Source of the DNA: Elusimicrobiota bacterium
GTDB lineage: Bacteria > Elusimicrobiota > Elusimicrobia > UBA1565
NCBI GenBank assembly: GCA_043819795.1
Contig: JBDREN010000226.1
Coordinates: 1-42,291, forward strand
Direction of reading: 5' to 3'
DNA: 42,291 nt
Shown here: positions 1 through 9,294 of the stretch, piece by piece
How positions within the stretch are numbered: position 1 is the first letter of the stretch
Layout: each line of letters opens with the position of its first letter
Notes under the pieces: generated by a model
Told to the model about the DNA's origin: nothing
What the model saw: only the letters and a program-made list of their open reading frames with translations
Databases searched by the model: none
Translations under genes and position numbers: made by a program

Positions 1-105
1 CAATTATAGCTAGGATTCGATGGAAACATCTCCCCAACAGCTCGAATCCTCCGGCAAGCTTTGACGCCAGGGCGACATCTATTGGACGCCGACAAAGACC
101 TCACC

Positions 106-254
106 CCCCCTGCTTGGGCAGCCCCCGCGGGGGGCCGCCGACAACGGCATCGGCCCCCCTGCTTGGGCAGCCCCCCGTGGGGGGGCCGCCGGCAACGGCA
201 TCGGCCCCCTGCTTGGGCGGCCCCCGTGGGGGGCCGCCGACAGGGGGCCGCCGA
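106..254. repeat. Tandem array of ~50-bp units, each with a GC-rich hairpin (REP-like)
   Basis: Three units of CCCCCTGCTTGGGC(A/G)GCCCCC-GYG-GGGGGCCGCCG(A/G)CA(ACGGCATCGG) at 106-153, 154-204 and 205-242, plus a partial arm at 243-254. Confidence 0.9.
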
Positions 255-295
255 AAGGCTTTACTTTCGCTCGGGGATTCGGTACAAGTCTCGAT

Positions 296-1138
296 ATGCC
301 GGTCCGTTTCAGCGACGGTCGTACGGTCCTCAACATCGCCCACCGGGGGGGACGCAGCCTCGCCCCCGAGAACACCATCGCGGCCGCGCGCAAGGCGCTG
401 GAGCTGGGCGCGGACCTCTGGGAGCTCGACGTGGCGGTGACGCAGGACGAGAAGCTGATCGTCCTGCACGACGACTCGCTGGCGCGCACCACCGACGTGG
501 AGCGCCGCTTCCCGGGCCGCCCTCCGGGACCCTACACTACCTACACGCTCGACGAGATCCGCTCGCTCGACGCGGGCTCCTGGTTCGTCGAGACCGATCC
601 CCACGGCCAGATAGCGGCCGGCGCCCTCGCGCCCGCGGAGCTGGCCTCCTACCGCGGCGAGAAGGTGCCGACCCTCGGAGAGGCGCTCGCCTGGACCCGT
701 GACTCGAACTGGCGAGTCAATATGGAGCTCAAGCGCCTGCCCCCCGAGATCGCCGGGTTCCCCCTGCCGGCGCGGGTGATGGACCTCATCGAGGAGCTGG
801 GCATCGCCCCGGAGCACCTCGTCATATCCTCCATCCGCGAGGACTGGCTCGCGGAGTTCCGCGCGCGCAGGCCCGACATCGCGGTCGAGAAGCTCGTGGG
901 CTTGCTGCCCTCGGACCCCATGGACTGGAGCGGCTACGCCTACAAGACCTACAACGTGCGCCGTACCCGCGTCTCCGAGGACACGGTCCGCGCCTTGACG
1001 GAGAAAGGGCACGGCGTGAACGTGTACGTGGTCAACGAGGAGCCCGACATGCTGCGCTTCGCCGCCGCGGGCGCCGCGGGCCTCATCACCGATTTCCCGC
1101 AAGTGCTCAAGGCGCTGGCCGGGAGGGCCTCCCCATGA
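296..1138 (+). CDS. Glycerophosphodiester phosphodiesterase (GDPD/UgpQ family)
   Basis: Motifs IAHRG, PENT, ELDV, VLHD, NMELK and C-terminal GLITDFP. Confidence 0.9.
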   Translation: MPVRFSDGRTVLNIAHRGGRSLAPENTIAAARKALELGADLWELDVAVTQDEKLIVLHDDSLARTTDVERRFPGRPPGPYTTYTLDEIRSLDAGSWFVETDPHGQIAAGALAPAELASYRGEKVPTLGEALAWTRDSNWRVNMELKRLPPEIAGFPLPARVMDLIEELGIAPEHLVISSIREDWLAEFRARRPDIAVEKLVGLLPSDPMDWSGYAYKTYNVRRTRVSEDTVRALTEKGHGVNVYVVNEEPDMLRFAAAGAAGLITDFPQVLKALAGRASP

Positions 1139-2001
1139 GCGTGGAAAAGCCGCTCGCGCTGTGCATCCTCAACTGCTACCCGAGGCCCAGCCGGGAGGGC
1201 TTCGACCGCGACGACGTGGGCCATCCCCACGATTTCTTCAAGGCATTCCTCGCGCGCTACGCCCCGAACGCGAAGGCGGACGTGGTCTTCGCGGCCGACG
1301 CGGACGCCGCGCTCCCCAAAGGCGCGGCCCTAGGCTCCTACGACGGGTTCATCTGGACCGGCTCGGACCTAACCGCCTACCATGAGCACGACGAGCGCGT
1401 GACGCGCCAGATCGCCCTGGCGCGGGAGCTCTACAAGGCGGGCGTCCCGTGCTGCGGCAGCTGCTGGGCCGTGCAGATCGCGGCCGTCGCGGCCGGCGGG
1501 GAGGTCCGCAAGAACCCCAACGGACGCGAATGGGGCGTGGCCAGGGACATCACTGTGACGGAGGCGGGCCGCGGGTCCCGGCTGCTGGCCGGCAAGCCGG
1601 AGCGCTACGACGGGTTCATCATGCATCTCGACGAGGTCTCGCGCCTGCCGCCCGGCGCCGCGCTGCTGGCCACCAACGCCCACACCCGCGTGCAGGCGCT
1701 GGAGATTCGGCACGGCAAGGGCGTCTTCTGGTCCACACAGTACCATCCCGAGTACGACCTGCTGGAGATGGCCCGCCTGGTCGCGGCCCGCGCCGCGCCC
1801 ATGGTCAAGGAGGGCCTTTTCGCCGCCGAGGACCAGGTCCGGGCCCACGCCGGCAAGATGAAGGCCCTCCACGCCGACCCGGGCTCCGAGCGGCTCCGCC
1901 GGGAGCTGGAGGCGGGCGACGACATCCTGGACCCCCTCGTCCGGCAGGTCGAGCTGCGCAACTGGATCGACTACGTGGCGTCGCCGCCGGAGAGCCGGTG
2001 A
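1135..2001 (+). CDS. Class I glutamine amidotransferase-like protein
   Basis: Nucleophile elbow GSCWA, HLDEV and QYHPE give a Cys-His-Glu triad; ATGA overlap with the upstream gene. Confidence 0.85.
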   Translation: MSVEKPLALCILNCYPRPSREGFDRDDVGHPHDFFKAFLARYAPNAKADVVFAADADAALPKGAALGSYDGFIWTGSDLTAYHEHDERVTRQIALARELYKAGVPCCGSCWAVQIAAVAAGGEVRKNPNGREWGVARDITVTEAGRGSRLLAGKPERYDGFIMHLDEVSRLPPGAALLATNAHTRVQALEIRHGKGVFWSTQYHPEYDLLEMARLVAARAAPMVKEGLFAAEDQVRAHAGKMKALHADPGSERLRRELEAGDDILDPLVRQVELRNWIDYVASPPESR

Positions 2002-2058
2002 TCCACCGTCCCGCCGGGGAGTACTTGGCCGGCGCATGAGCCGCCAGGAGGGACCCCT

Positions 2059-2220
2059 ATGACGCCCGAACGACCTGAAAAGCGCGTCGTTTACGGCAAG
2101 CGGGCCGAGCTCTACGACGTCGCCTTCTCGTGGGATCCGGCTGCTAGGCCCCGGATTGGAGGACGCGCAGCTCGCGTGGCACGAGCTCGCTTTGAGCCGG
2201 CGTTAACGTGGTTGTCATAA
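2059..2220 (+). pseudogene. Short ORF, probable gene remnant (SAM methyltransferase-like N-terminus)
   Basis: AGGAGG RBS at 2046-2051 and ATG 2059; MTPERPEKRVVYGKRAELYDVAFSWD, after which the ORF loses coding character; 53 aa. Confidence 0.3.
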
Positions 2221-2284
2221 TGGGACGCTACACTAGGCGCGACATGCGCTTCTTGCTACCATACGCGGCGGGAAATCCCGTTTC

Positions 2285-3349
2285 ATGACACGCTCACGCG
2301 CGTCCTGTTGGGCCGTCCTGCTGGCCGTCGCGCTCATCCGACCCGGGCATGGCGAAGCCCGTGCGGCCGGACTCGACAAGCGCGGCGACGCCGCCGGGGG
2401 GGACTCCCGCATCGAAGCGGACGCGGAGCGACGGTCCCGATGGCCCGAGAAGAGCCTGCTGCCGTCATGGTTGAAGAGGAAGAGCCCCGCGGAAAGAAGA
2501 CGGGAGAAGGCGAGAAAAAGAAAAGAAAAAGCCGCGAAGATGAAAAAGAAGGAGAAGGCCCGCAAGCCTAAGAGGGTCAAGTACGACCGGGACAGAGGCA
2601 AGCTCGGAAGGCGCGAGAGAAAGAGGCGCGAGGCCCTTCTCAAAGAGCACGCCCCCTGGGGGCTGCCGGGCGCCGGGGAGGTCCTTTTCCGGGAAGGCTA
2701 CATCCTCAGCCACAACGATTGGCTCAAGATCCCCGACTGGGTGGCATACCATCTATCCCGCAAGAACCTGTCGGGAAGCGCCGAACGGTCGAACGACTTC
2801 CGTTCCGATCTCGACCTGCGCCCCTGGCAGCGCTCCGAGCCGGAGGACTACGGGAAATCCGGCTACGCCCGGGGACAGTTGGCCCCGCCGGAGGCCATGC
2901 GGCGCGGCGCCCGGGCCATGTCGGAGAGCTTCCTTCTCTCCAACGTCGCCCCCCAGGTCCGGCGGGGTTTCAAGAAGGGGGTCTGGGGAGCGCTGGAGGA
3001 AAAGACGCTCCAGTGGGCGATCGAGCGCGACGAGGTATGGGTCCTCACCGGGCCCGTCTTCCACGACGTGGACAAAGACGGCGTGATGGAGTTCAAGCTC
3101 ATAGGAAAGAGTCGGGTCGCGGCGCCGACGCACTTCTTCAAGATCGTGGTGGACGAGCTGCCCGACGGCTCGCTCGACATCATCGCGTTTCTCCTGCCCA
3201 ACAAGAAGGGCTCCGTCAAGTCCCTGCCGGGATTCAGGACATCGATCGACCGGATCGAGGCGCTCACGGGGCTGGACTTCCTCGACGAGCTGCCCGACGA
3301 CGTCGAAGAGCTGCTCGAGCGCGCGAAGGCCGAGCGGATGTGGAAGTAG
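2285..3349 (+). CDS. Secreted DNA/RNA non-specific endonuclease-family protein (NucA/EndoG-like), catalytically degenerate
   Basis: Signal peptide, K/R-rich linker, then IPDWVAY, RSNDF, SGYARGQLAP, FLLSNVAPQ, W-x-x-LE, TGPVF, PTHFFK, IEALTGLDF. Confidence 0.85.
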   Translation: MTRSRASCWAVLLAVALIRPGHGEARAAGLDKRGDAAGGDSRIEADAERRSRWPEKSLLPSWLKRKSPAERRREKARKRKEKAAKMKKKEKARKPKRVKYDRDRGKLGRRERKRREALLKEHAPWGLPGAGEVLFREGYILSHNDWLKIPDWVAYHLSRKNLSGSAERSNDFRSDLDLRPWQRSEPEDYGKSGYARGQLAPPEAMRRGARAMSESFLLSNVAPQVRRGFKKGVWGALEEKTLQWAIERDEVWVLTGPVFHDVDKDGVMEFKLIGKSRVAAPTHFFKIVVDELPDGSLDIIAFLLPNKKGSVKSLPGFRTSIDRIEALTGLDFLDELPDDVEELLERAKAERMWK

Positions 3350-3392
3350 CGACCTGCCGGCGCTGGCTCGCGGTGAATCCTAATATTGTATA

Positions 3393-6300
3393 GTGTCGTT
3401 CGCGCGGAATCCGATAGTGGAGAACCCCCCAGAAGCCGGCCCGATCAGAGAGACGCTCGCGGCCATCGAAGACGCCGCGAGGCAGTGGCTGCCCGCGGCC
3501 GGCGCCCTCGCGGGCGCCGTCGCGTTGGGCGCCATAGCCGTCGTCGCGTGGCTTCTTCACGCCGAGTTCAAGGACGTGACCATCACGCAGGCGCAGCACC
3601 AGATGCTCACGACGGCGCAGTCGGTCTCCCGCGGGCTGGAGAATTTCCTCGAAGAGCATCACAAGATCCTCGAGCACCTGTCGCGCCATCCCTCCGTCCG
3701 CGGAAGAGCCCGCCTGGGCCGCGCGTGGAGGGCGGACCCCTCCGAGTTCTACCCGATCCCCTACACCTTCGAGCTGCACCGCGACGTCGCGGAGGTCCTG
3801 TTCCTGCTCGACGCCGAAGGCGTCGTGCTCGACCGCATGCCGGCCCTGCGGCTCAAGGCCGGCGCGGACCTATCGAAGCGAGCGGACGTAGCCCTCGCGC
3901 TCAAGAAGCGCGAAGGCCAGATCAGCGGCGTGGTGCGCACGGATTCCGGCGCCCCCGAGGCATCCATCCTGACGCCGGTATTCAGCGACGGCAAGTTCGC
4001 CGGCGTCCTTGGGTGGGAGTTCGATCTTAATAATATTCAAGAGAGGTTCCTCGGCCACATCGCGGTCGGCCGGAAAGGCTACGCCTGGATGGTCGACAGA
4101 GACGGGATCATCCTGGCCCATCCAGAGCGGGAGCAGACCGGCCAGGACGTGATAGCCCTGAGGAAGGCCCGGCATCCGGAATACGACTGGTCCGAGCTGG
4201 AGACGATCGCGGCCAGGATGCGGGCCGGCGAAGAGGGCATCGGCGCCTATCATTCGCTCTGGTGGACGGAAGGCTCGCCCGAGCGCGTCAAGAAGCTCGC
4301 GGCCTACGTCCCCGTCCGCTTCCGGGGCAAGCCGGTATGGTCGGTGGGCGTCACCATGGGCTACTCGGAGATCGCCGGGCCCGTCGCCAAGCACGCCCGG
4401 AGCGTCTTCGGACTGGCGACGCTCGCGATCGCGCTGCTCGGCGCCGCGGGGATCGCCATCCTCCGGGCGCGCAAGCGGAGGATCTCGTTCGAGGGCAAGA
4501 TCCGGTATCTGGCCGCCATCTCCAAGAAGTCCTCCGCCCTGCTGGAGAGCGAGGAGCGCTTCCGGTCGCTGTCGGAGACCACGAGCGACTGGATCTGGGA
4601 GGTGGACGACAACGGCGTCTACACGTACGTCAACCCCAAGGTCAAGGACCTGCTGGGCTACACGCCGAAGGAGGCCATCGGCAAGACGCCCTTCGACTTC
4701 ATGCCGCCGGAGGAGGCGGAGCGCGTCGCGGCGGAGTTCGCCGCGATCGTTCACGCCCGGCGTCCTTTCGACGGCCTCGAGAACGTAAATATCCACAAGG
4801 ACGGCCGGCTCATCACCCTCGAGACCAGCGGCATCCCGGTCTTCGATCCGGCCGGGGACTTCCAAGGCTACCGGGGCATCGACCGGGACATCACCGCGCG
4901 GAAAAATGCCGAGGAGGCGGCGCGGCTGACCCAGCTTTCGATCGACGCCGTCGACGACAACATCTTCTGGCTCGGACCCGACGCCCGGATATTCTACGTC
5001 AACGAGGCGGCTTGCCGCCGTCTCGGCTACACCCGCAAGGAGCTGTACTCCATGAAGGTGTTCGACTTCGATCCGGCGTTCCCGCCGGAGGAGTGGCACA
5101 ATCACTGGGAGGAGATCCGGCGGCGCGGCTCCTTCACGATCGAGTCCGTGCATCGCTCCAAAGACGGGCGGGTATTCCCCGTGGAGATCACCGTCAACCA
5201 CGTGAAGTTCGCGGGGAAAGAGTACAACTGCGCGTTCGCCCGGGACATCACCGAGCGCAAGCAGGCGGAGACGGCGCGCCAAATCCTCGAGAGCCAGCTC
5301 CAGCAGGCCCAGAAGGTCGAGAGCCTCGGGGTGCTGGCAGGGGGCATCGCCCACGACTTCAACAACCTCCTGGTCGGCATCCTCGGGAACGCGGACCTCG
5401 CTTTGACGGACCTCCCCGATGACTCCGCCGCGCGCGAGGACATCGAGGAGATCAAGAAGGCCGCCATCCGGGCCTCGGAGCTGAGCAACCAGATGCTGGC
5501 GTACTCCGGCAAGGGCAGGTTCGTCGTCCGGCCCATCAGCCTCAACGAGATGCTCCAGGAGATGTTCCATCTCCTGGAGACGTGCGTCCCCGTTGGGACG
5601 GCCCTGCGCCGCGAGCTCGCCGACGACGTGCCCGCCGTCGACGCCGACTCCGGACAGCTCCGCCAGGTCGTGACGAACCTGGTGACCAACGCCGCAGACG
5701 CCATGGGCGACGCCGGCGGCGAGATCGTCCTGAGGACCGGCGTCGACGAGGTCTCCCGCGCCCACCTCCAGGACCCTCACAACCGCCAGGACCTTCCGGA
5801 GGGGCCCTACGCGTACGTGGAGGTCTCGGACACCGGCTGCGGCATGGACGAGCAGACCATGTCGAGGATGTTCGACCCGTTCTTCACGACCAAGTTCACG
5901 GGCCGCGGGCTGGGGCTTTCGACCGTCCTGGGCATCGTGCGGGGCCACAAAGGCGCCGTCAAGGTCCGCAGCGAGCCCGGGAAGGGAACCACCTTCAAGG
6001 TGCTCCTGCCGTCCGCGAGCCAGCCGGCCGCCCCGCTGGCCGAGCCCGGCTTCAAGCCGAAGGACGCGCGACCGCTCGCCGGGACGGTCCTCGTGGCGGA
6101 CGATGAGCGGGTAGTCCGGAACGTCACGAAGAGGATCCTCGAGCAGGCGGGGCTTACGGTCCTGCTGGCCGACAACGGCCGCAAGGCCGTGGACATGTTC
6201 CGCGAGGACGCCGGGAAGATCGTCCTGGTCTTGCTGGACCTGACCATGCCGGTGATGGACGGGGCCGCCGCTTTCCGCGAGATCCGGCGCATCCGGCCCG

Positions 6301-6437
6301 ACGCGAAGGTGATCCTGTGCAGCGGCTACGACGAGAAGGACGCCGTCGGCCGCTTCGCCGGCCAGGGCCTGGCGGGCTTTCTCCACAAGCCCTTCCGTTT
6401 GGAGTCCCTAATGGAGGCGGTCCGCGCGGTCCTGTAG
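3393..6437 (+). CDS. Hybrid sensor histidine kinase/response regulator (TM-Cache-TM-PAS-PAS-HisKA-HATPase-REC)
   Basis: Two TM segments, two PAS/PAC repeats (DITARK, DITERK), H-box AGGIAHDFNN, N/G boxes (DTGCGM, FFTTK, GLGL), receiver DDE...LLDLTMP...KP. Start could be GTG 3417. Confidence 0.93.
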   Translation: MSFARNPIVENPPEAGPIRETLAAIEDAARQWLPAAGALAGAVALGAIAVVAWLLHAEFKDVTITQAQHQMLTTAQSVSRGLENFLEEHHKILEHLSRHPSVRGRARLGRAWRADPSEFYPIPYTFELHRDVAEVLFLLDAEGVVLDRMPALRLKAGADLSKRADVALALKKREGQISGVVRTDSGAPEASILTPVFSDGKFAGVLGWEFDLNNIQERFLGHIAVGRKGYAWMVDRDGIILAHPEREQTGQDVIALRKARHPEYDWSELETIAARMRAGEEGIGAYHSLWWTEGSPERVKKLAAYVPVRFRGKPVWSVGVTMGYSEIAGPVAKHARSVFGLATLAIALLGAAGIAILRARKRRISFEGKIRYLAAISKKSSALLESEERFRSLSETTSDWIWEVDDNGVYTYVNPKVKDLLGYTPKEAIGKTPFDFMPPEEAERVAAEFAAIVHARRPFDGLENVNIHKDGRLITLETSGIPVFDPAGDFQGYRGIDRDITARKNAEEAARLTQLSIDAVDDNIFWLGPDARIFYVNEAACRRLGYTRKELYSMKVFDFDPAFPPEEWHNHWEEIRRRGSFTIESVHRSKDGRVFPVEITVNHVKFAGKEYNCAFARDITERKQAETARQILESQLQQAQKVESLGVLAGGIAHDFNNLLVGILGNADLALTDLPDDSAAREDIEEIKKAAIRASELSNQMLAYSGKGRFVVRPISLNEMLQEMFHLLETCVPVGTALRRELADDVPAVDADSGQLRQVVTNLVTNAADAMGDAGGEIVLRTGVDEVSRAHLQDPHNRQDLPEGPYAYVEVSDTGCGMDEQTMSRMFDPFFTTKFTGRGLGLSTVLGIVRGHKGAVKVRSEPGKGTTFKVLLPSASQPAAPLAEPGFKPKDARPLAGTVLVADDERVVRNVTKRILEQAGLTVLLADNGRKAVDMFREDAGKIVLVLLDLTMPVMDGAAAFREIRRIRPDAKVILCSGYDEKDAVGRFAGQGLAGFLHKPFRLESLMEAVRAVL

Positions 6438-6509
6438 GTGTCTGGCGTTGCGTTGTTGCTTTACGTCTATTGGTAAGTGAATAAACGCGGCAACGCAACG
6501 CCAGACACC
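6437..6509. repeat. REP/REPIN-like palindromic element, copy 1
   Basis: 19-bp perfect inverted repeat GGTGTCTGGCGTTGCGTTG...CAACGCAACGCCAGACACC; core GCTTTACGTCTATTGGTAAGTG. Confidence 0.85.
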
Positions 6510-6510
6510 C

Positions 6511-6817
6511 TCACGCCTCGACGAGGCGGCGCCACTCCAGGACGGCTTTGAGCTGGGAGGGGCCTTCCAAGCCCCCCTCCTCGACCACCTTTTCCCAGGA
6601 GCCGCTGCCGAGGTACTGTCCGTTGCGGAACGGGTGCAGGGAGCGCCTCAGGCCCTCGCTGCCGCAGACCCAGCGGGCGATGGCGGGCAGGGTGAAATCG
6701 GTGATCCCGATCGCGTGGCGGGCGAGCTCCTCCGAGAATATGCCCTCGCGCTCGGTGTCCACGGGCGAGAGGCTCGTCGAATCGACCAGATCCGCCGCGC
6801 AGCAGAGGAAGGCCCCG
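6511..6817 (-). pseudogene. Duplicated, internally deleted 3' fragment of the transketolase-like gene
   Basis: 6532-6755 matches 9395-9618 and 6747-6817 matches 10291-10361; joined at the shared 9-mer CGCGCTCGG; no 5' part. Confidence 0.9.
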
Positions 6818-6931
6818 CCGACCCTCAATCGGCCTAGCAGCCGCTGAGTGGTTGTTAAATCGCGCTGGCGCCGGCTGGCCGGCCCCCGGGAACGCGCTCT
6901 TTTCAAAGAAGAGTTCCCCGTCGAGAATCTC

Positions 6932-9097
6932 CTACAGCCTCTTCAAGTTCTCCCGGGCGCCGCTTAGAGCCGGATCAATCTGAAGCGCCCGCTCGAACGA
7001 GGCGCGAGCTGCGGCGCGCCGTCCAGACAGGAGTTGCGCCGCGCCGAGGCTATTGAATATCCGCGCGTCCCCGCCTTCTAGCCGAACGGCCGTCTCAAGA
7101 ATGGCCGCTGCTTCCAGGGCCTTGCCGCTTCGGAGCAGCACGTTCCCGAGGTTGTACGCCGCCAGTCCATCGTCAGGCTTCAAGCGCAACGCCTCCCGCA
7201 AGTGCTTCTCCGCTCCCGCCAGGTCTCCTGCGGCCGCCAAAGCGTTCCCCAGATTGTTGTGCGCCACGGGAAACCCGGGACGCAGGCGCACAGCCGCCTT
7301 TCCGTGCACGATGGCCGGCGCCAAGAGCCCCCGAGCCGCAAGGACGCGCGCGAACGCGGCATGCTGTTCCGCGGTTTCGGGGGCGTAGCGCAGGTCGGGC
7401 GGGTATGACGCCAGCGTCCGCCGCGCCTCCTCCGAGTCGAGGACCGCTGCGACGAACGGGGCGCCGCGCGCGGCCTCCTCCGCGTAAGCCGCGAGATGCA
7501 GTTCCGGCGACCGGCCCTTATGTGGAGCCTGCGGGTCTTGCAGTAAGACGAAGGCCCGAGTCTCCTCAATCTTCCTATAGCCCTCGCGGGCCAGGAATCC
7601 TATCACCTGATCGCGGTGGGCGGGGGGGCCCATTGCGATCAGTGTGAGCTTGTCAACGAGCACATACTCCGGACGGAAGAGAAGCGATTCGAACCGTGGA
7701 CGCATGACGCCCAGCATGAACGTCTTTATCTGTGAGCGGACGGAAAGCGGCGCGGCCAGGAAATCGTCGGTCCAGAGACTGGCTCCGGCTGGAATCCTCG
7801 CCGCCAGTCGGGGCACCTCCCGAGCCGCGCTCATATTGAACGTCGGATGGATTACCCGCGAGCTTACTGTCAGGCCGAATCCGGAGGCGGCCAGGACGGC
7901 CGCCAGCAGCCACAACCGCCTCGCTCCGGCGAATGTCTTACGAGCTAGGAGCACGCGGAGGCCGCAGGCTGTGGCGAAGACCAATGGGCCGAAGACGTAG
8001 GCCTCGTTCTGCATCTGGAAGCACATCTCGCTCTGGAGCAGGTTGTGGACGATCGAGACGAGAAGGAAGACCATCGCCGGGGGGGCGGCCAAAGGGATGA
8101 ACGCCATTCCGGCAAGCACGCGCCCCAAGGGAGCGAGATGTTCCGGCGGCCAGAATATCGTCGCCAACACCTTGTCGGGGCGGGTCAGGACGGTCAGGAT
8201 TATCTCGCCGCGGCTGGAGCCAAAATGAGAGTAGAGCGTCCAGTAAGATGCCGTGTTGAGCGAGTCAGGGTAAGACCCGACCAGGCGCATCTCCAGGGCC
8301 CACAGGAAGGCCGCGCCCAGCACGACGCCGAGTCCTTCCAGCCAGCGCCTACGTGCCGGTCGTGCCGATGTCAGCGCGTGATAGAGACCAAGTCCCGCCA
8401 ACGAGAAGGGGAACTGTTCGCGCGTCGTCAACGCCAATGCCCAAAGCGCCGCCGTGACCCGATAGAAGCCCGCGTCCAAACTCACAAGCCCCCAGACCAA
8501 TAGAGGAATCACGAACACGGAATTCTCGAGGTCCGCAGTGACGAGTTCGTGGAAAGAAGGATGCGACCACACCATCGCCATCGCGACCAAGCCCCAGAAG
8601 CTCGATCCCGTCCGCCTCTGCGCGAGGAAGAATGCCGCCGTGCCCACGGAGGCTACGGCCGCGCCTTGGATCAGCGCGAAGGGCAGGGCGCTCTTCCACA
8701 GAATCAACAGCGGGCCCAGGAAGACAGGGATGAAGAACGCGAAGTGCACCGCCAGGGTGCTGGGGGTGCCGTCAAGAACGGATTCCATGCCGCGGCCGGA
8801 CCAGAAACTCGCCGCGGTATTGGGCATCAAGGCCGCATCGGTGGTCAGTTGGTAGCCCAAAAGTTGGCACGCTTTGAGCAGTGAGAACCATAGCGCAACC
8901 ATGATGCCGATGCCGAGTACGGCCCGACGCAGGCGCGATCTGTCAACGGCGTCTACGGCCTCGATCCAGCCGATCGCGCGTTGGCGCGCCCGAGGCGCCA
9001 GGAGGGTTGCCAGGGCCGCAAAGGCCGACCACGCAAGAGTGGTGAGCAAAGCGTCGTGTGCCGCCCGGACGGCCGGAATCATCGCGCTCGGGGTCAT
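6932..9097 (-). CDS. Polytopic membrane protein (DUF2079-like, putative GT-C glycosyltransferase) with C-terminal TPR repeats
   Basis: Many hydrophobic segments with LAVHF, TRE and YVLVD motifs; TPR consensus AHNNLGNAL, AAYNLGNVL, IFNSLGAA. Confidence 0.7.
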   Translation of the reverse strand: MTPSAMIPAVRAAHDALLTTLAWSAFAALATLLAPRARQRAIGWIEAVDAVDRSRLRRAVLGIGIMVALWFSLLKACQLLGYQLTTDAALMPNTAASFWSGRGMESVLDGTPSTLAVHFAFFIPVFLGPLLILWKSALPFALIQGAAVASVGTAAFFLAQRRTGSSFWGLVAMAMVWSHPSFHELVTADLENSVFVIPLLVWGLVSLDAGFYRVTAALWALALTTREQFPFSLAGLGLYHALTSARPARRRWLEGLGVVLGAAFLWALEMRLVGSYPDSLNTASYWTLYSHFGSSRGEIILTVLTRPDKVLATIFWPPEHLAPLGRVLAGMAFIPLAAPPAMVFLLVSIVHNLLQSEMCFQMQNEAYVFGPLVFATACGLRVLLARKTFAGARRLWLLAAVLAASGFGLTVSSRVIHPTFNMSAAREVPRLAARIPAGASLWTDDFLAAPLSVRSQIKTFMLGVMRPRFESLLFRPEYVLVDKLTLIAMGPPAHRDQVIGFLAREGYRKIEETRAFVLLQDPQAPHKGRSPELHLAAYAEEAARGAPFVAAVLDSEEARRTLASYPPDLRYAPETAEQHAAFARVLAARGLLAPAIVHGKAAVRLRPGFPVAHNNLGNALAAAGDLAGAEKHLREALRLKPDDGLAAYNLGNVLLRSGKALEAAAILETAVRLEGGDARIFNSLGAAQLLSGRRAAARASFERALQIDPALSGARENLKRL

Positions 9098-9142
9098 CTA
9101 TCGACTCAGAAGGATAAACACGCGTTTCCCATCGCCGGAGCT

Positions 9143-9171
9143 ACTATACTTCCGGGGAAGCCGCGGGTCAA
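9143..9171 (-). promoter_or_regulatory. Sigma70-type promoter for the DUF2079-TPR gene
   Basis: Minus strand TTGACC (9171-9166), 17-nt spacer, TATAGT (9148-9143). Confidence 0.6.
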
Positions 9172-9294
9172 CGCTCGCCGCAGCTTGACAATCTCGGAAG
9201 ACATGCCGCGCGCGGAGGGGAGCCTCCCAAGAGCCCCCGGGAGGCGAGCCCCCCCGCGGACCCGCTGCGGGACGGAGGAAAGCGCGTTAGAGTA

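Noticed and set aside
106..254. CRISPR array
   Set aside because: The sequence between hairpins is constant rather than unique spacers, and there are no cas genes in the window.
3870..6386. Long antisense or alternate-frame ORFs (also 21782-24316, 39201-41681, 9497-11392, 16550-17977, 20221-21564, 26228-27481)
   Set aside because: Shadow ORFs of high-GC genes; they overlap well-supported genes and have no recognisable motifs.
9185..9215. Plus-strand promoter at TTGACA
   Set aside because: No -10 hexamer at a suitable spacing and no credible plus-strand gene downstream.
9211..9258. Riboswitch or ncRNA in a GC-rich hairpin
   Set aside because: A single bulged hairpin with no recognisable aptamer motif; it lies upstream of the predicted promoter.
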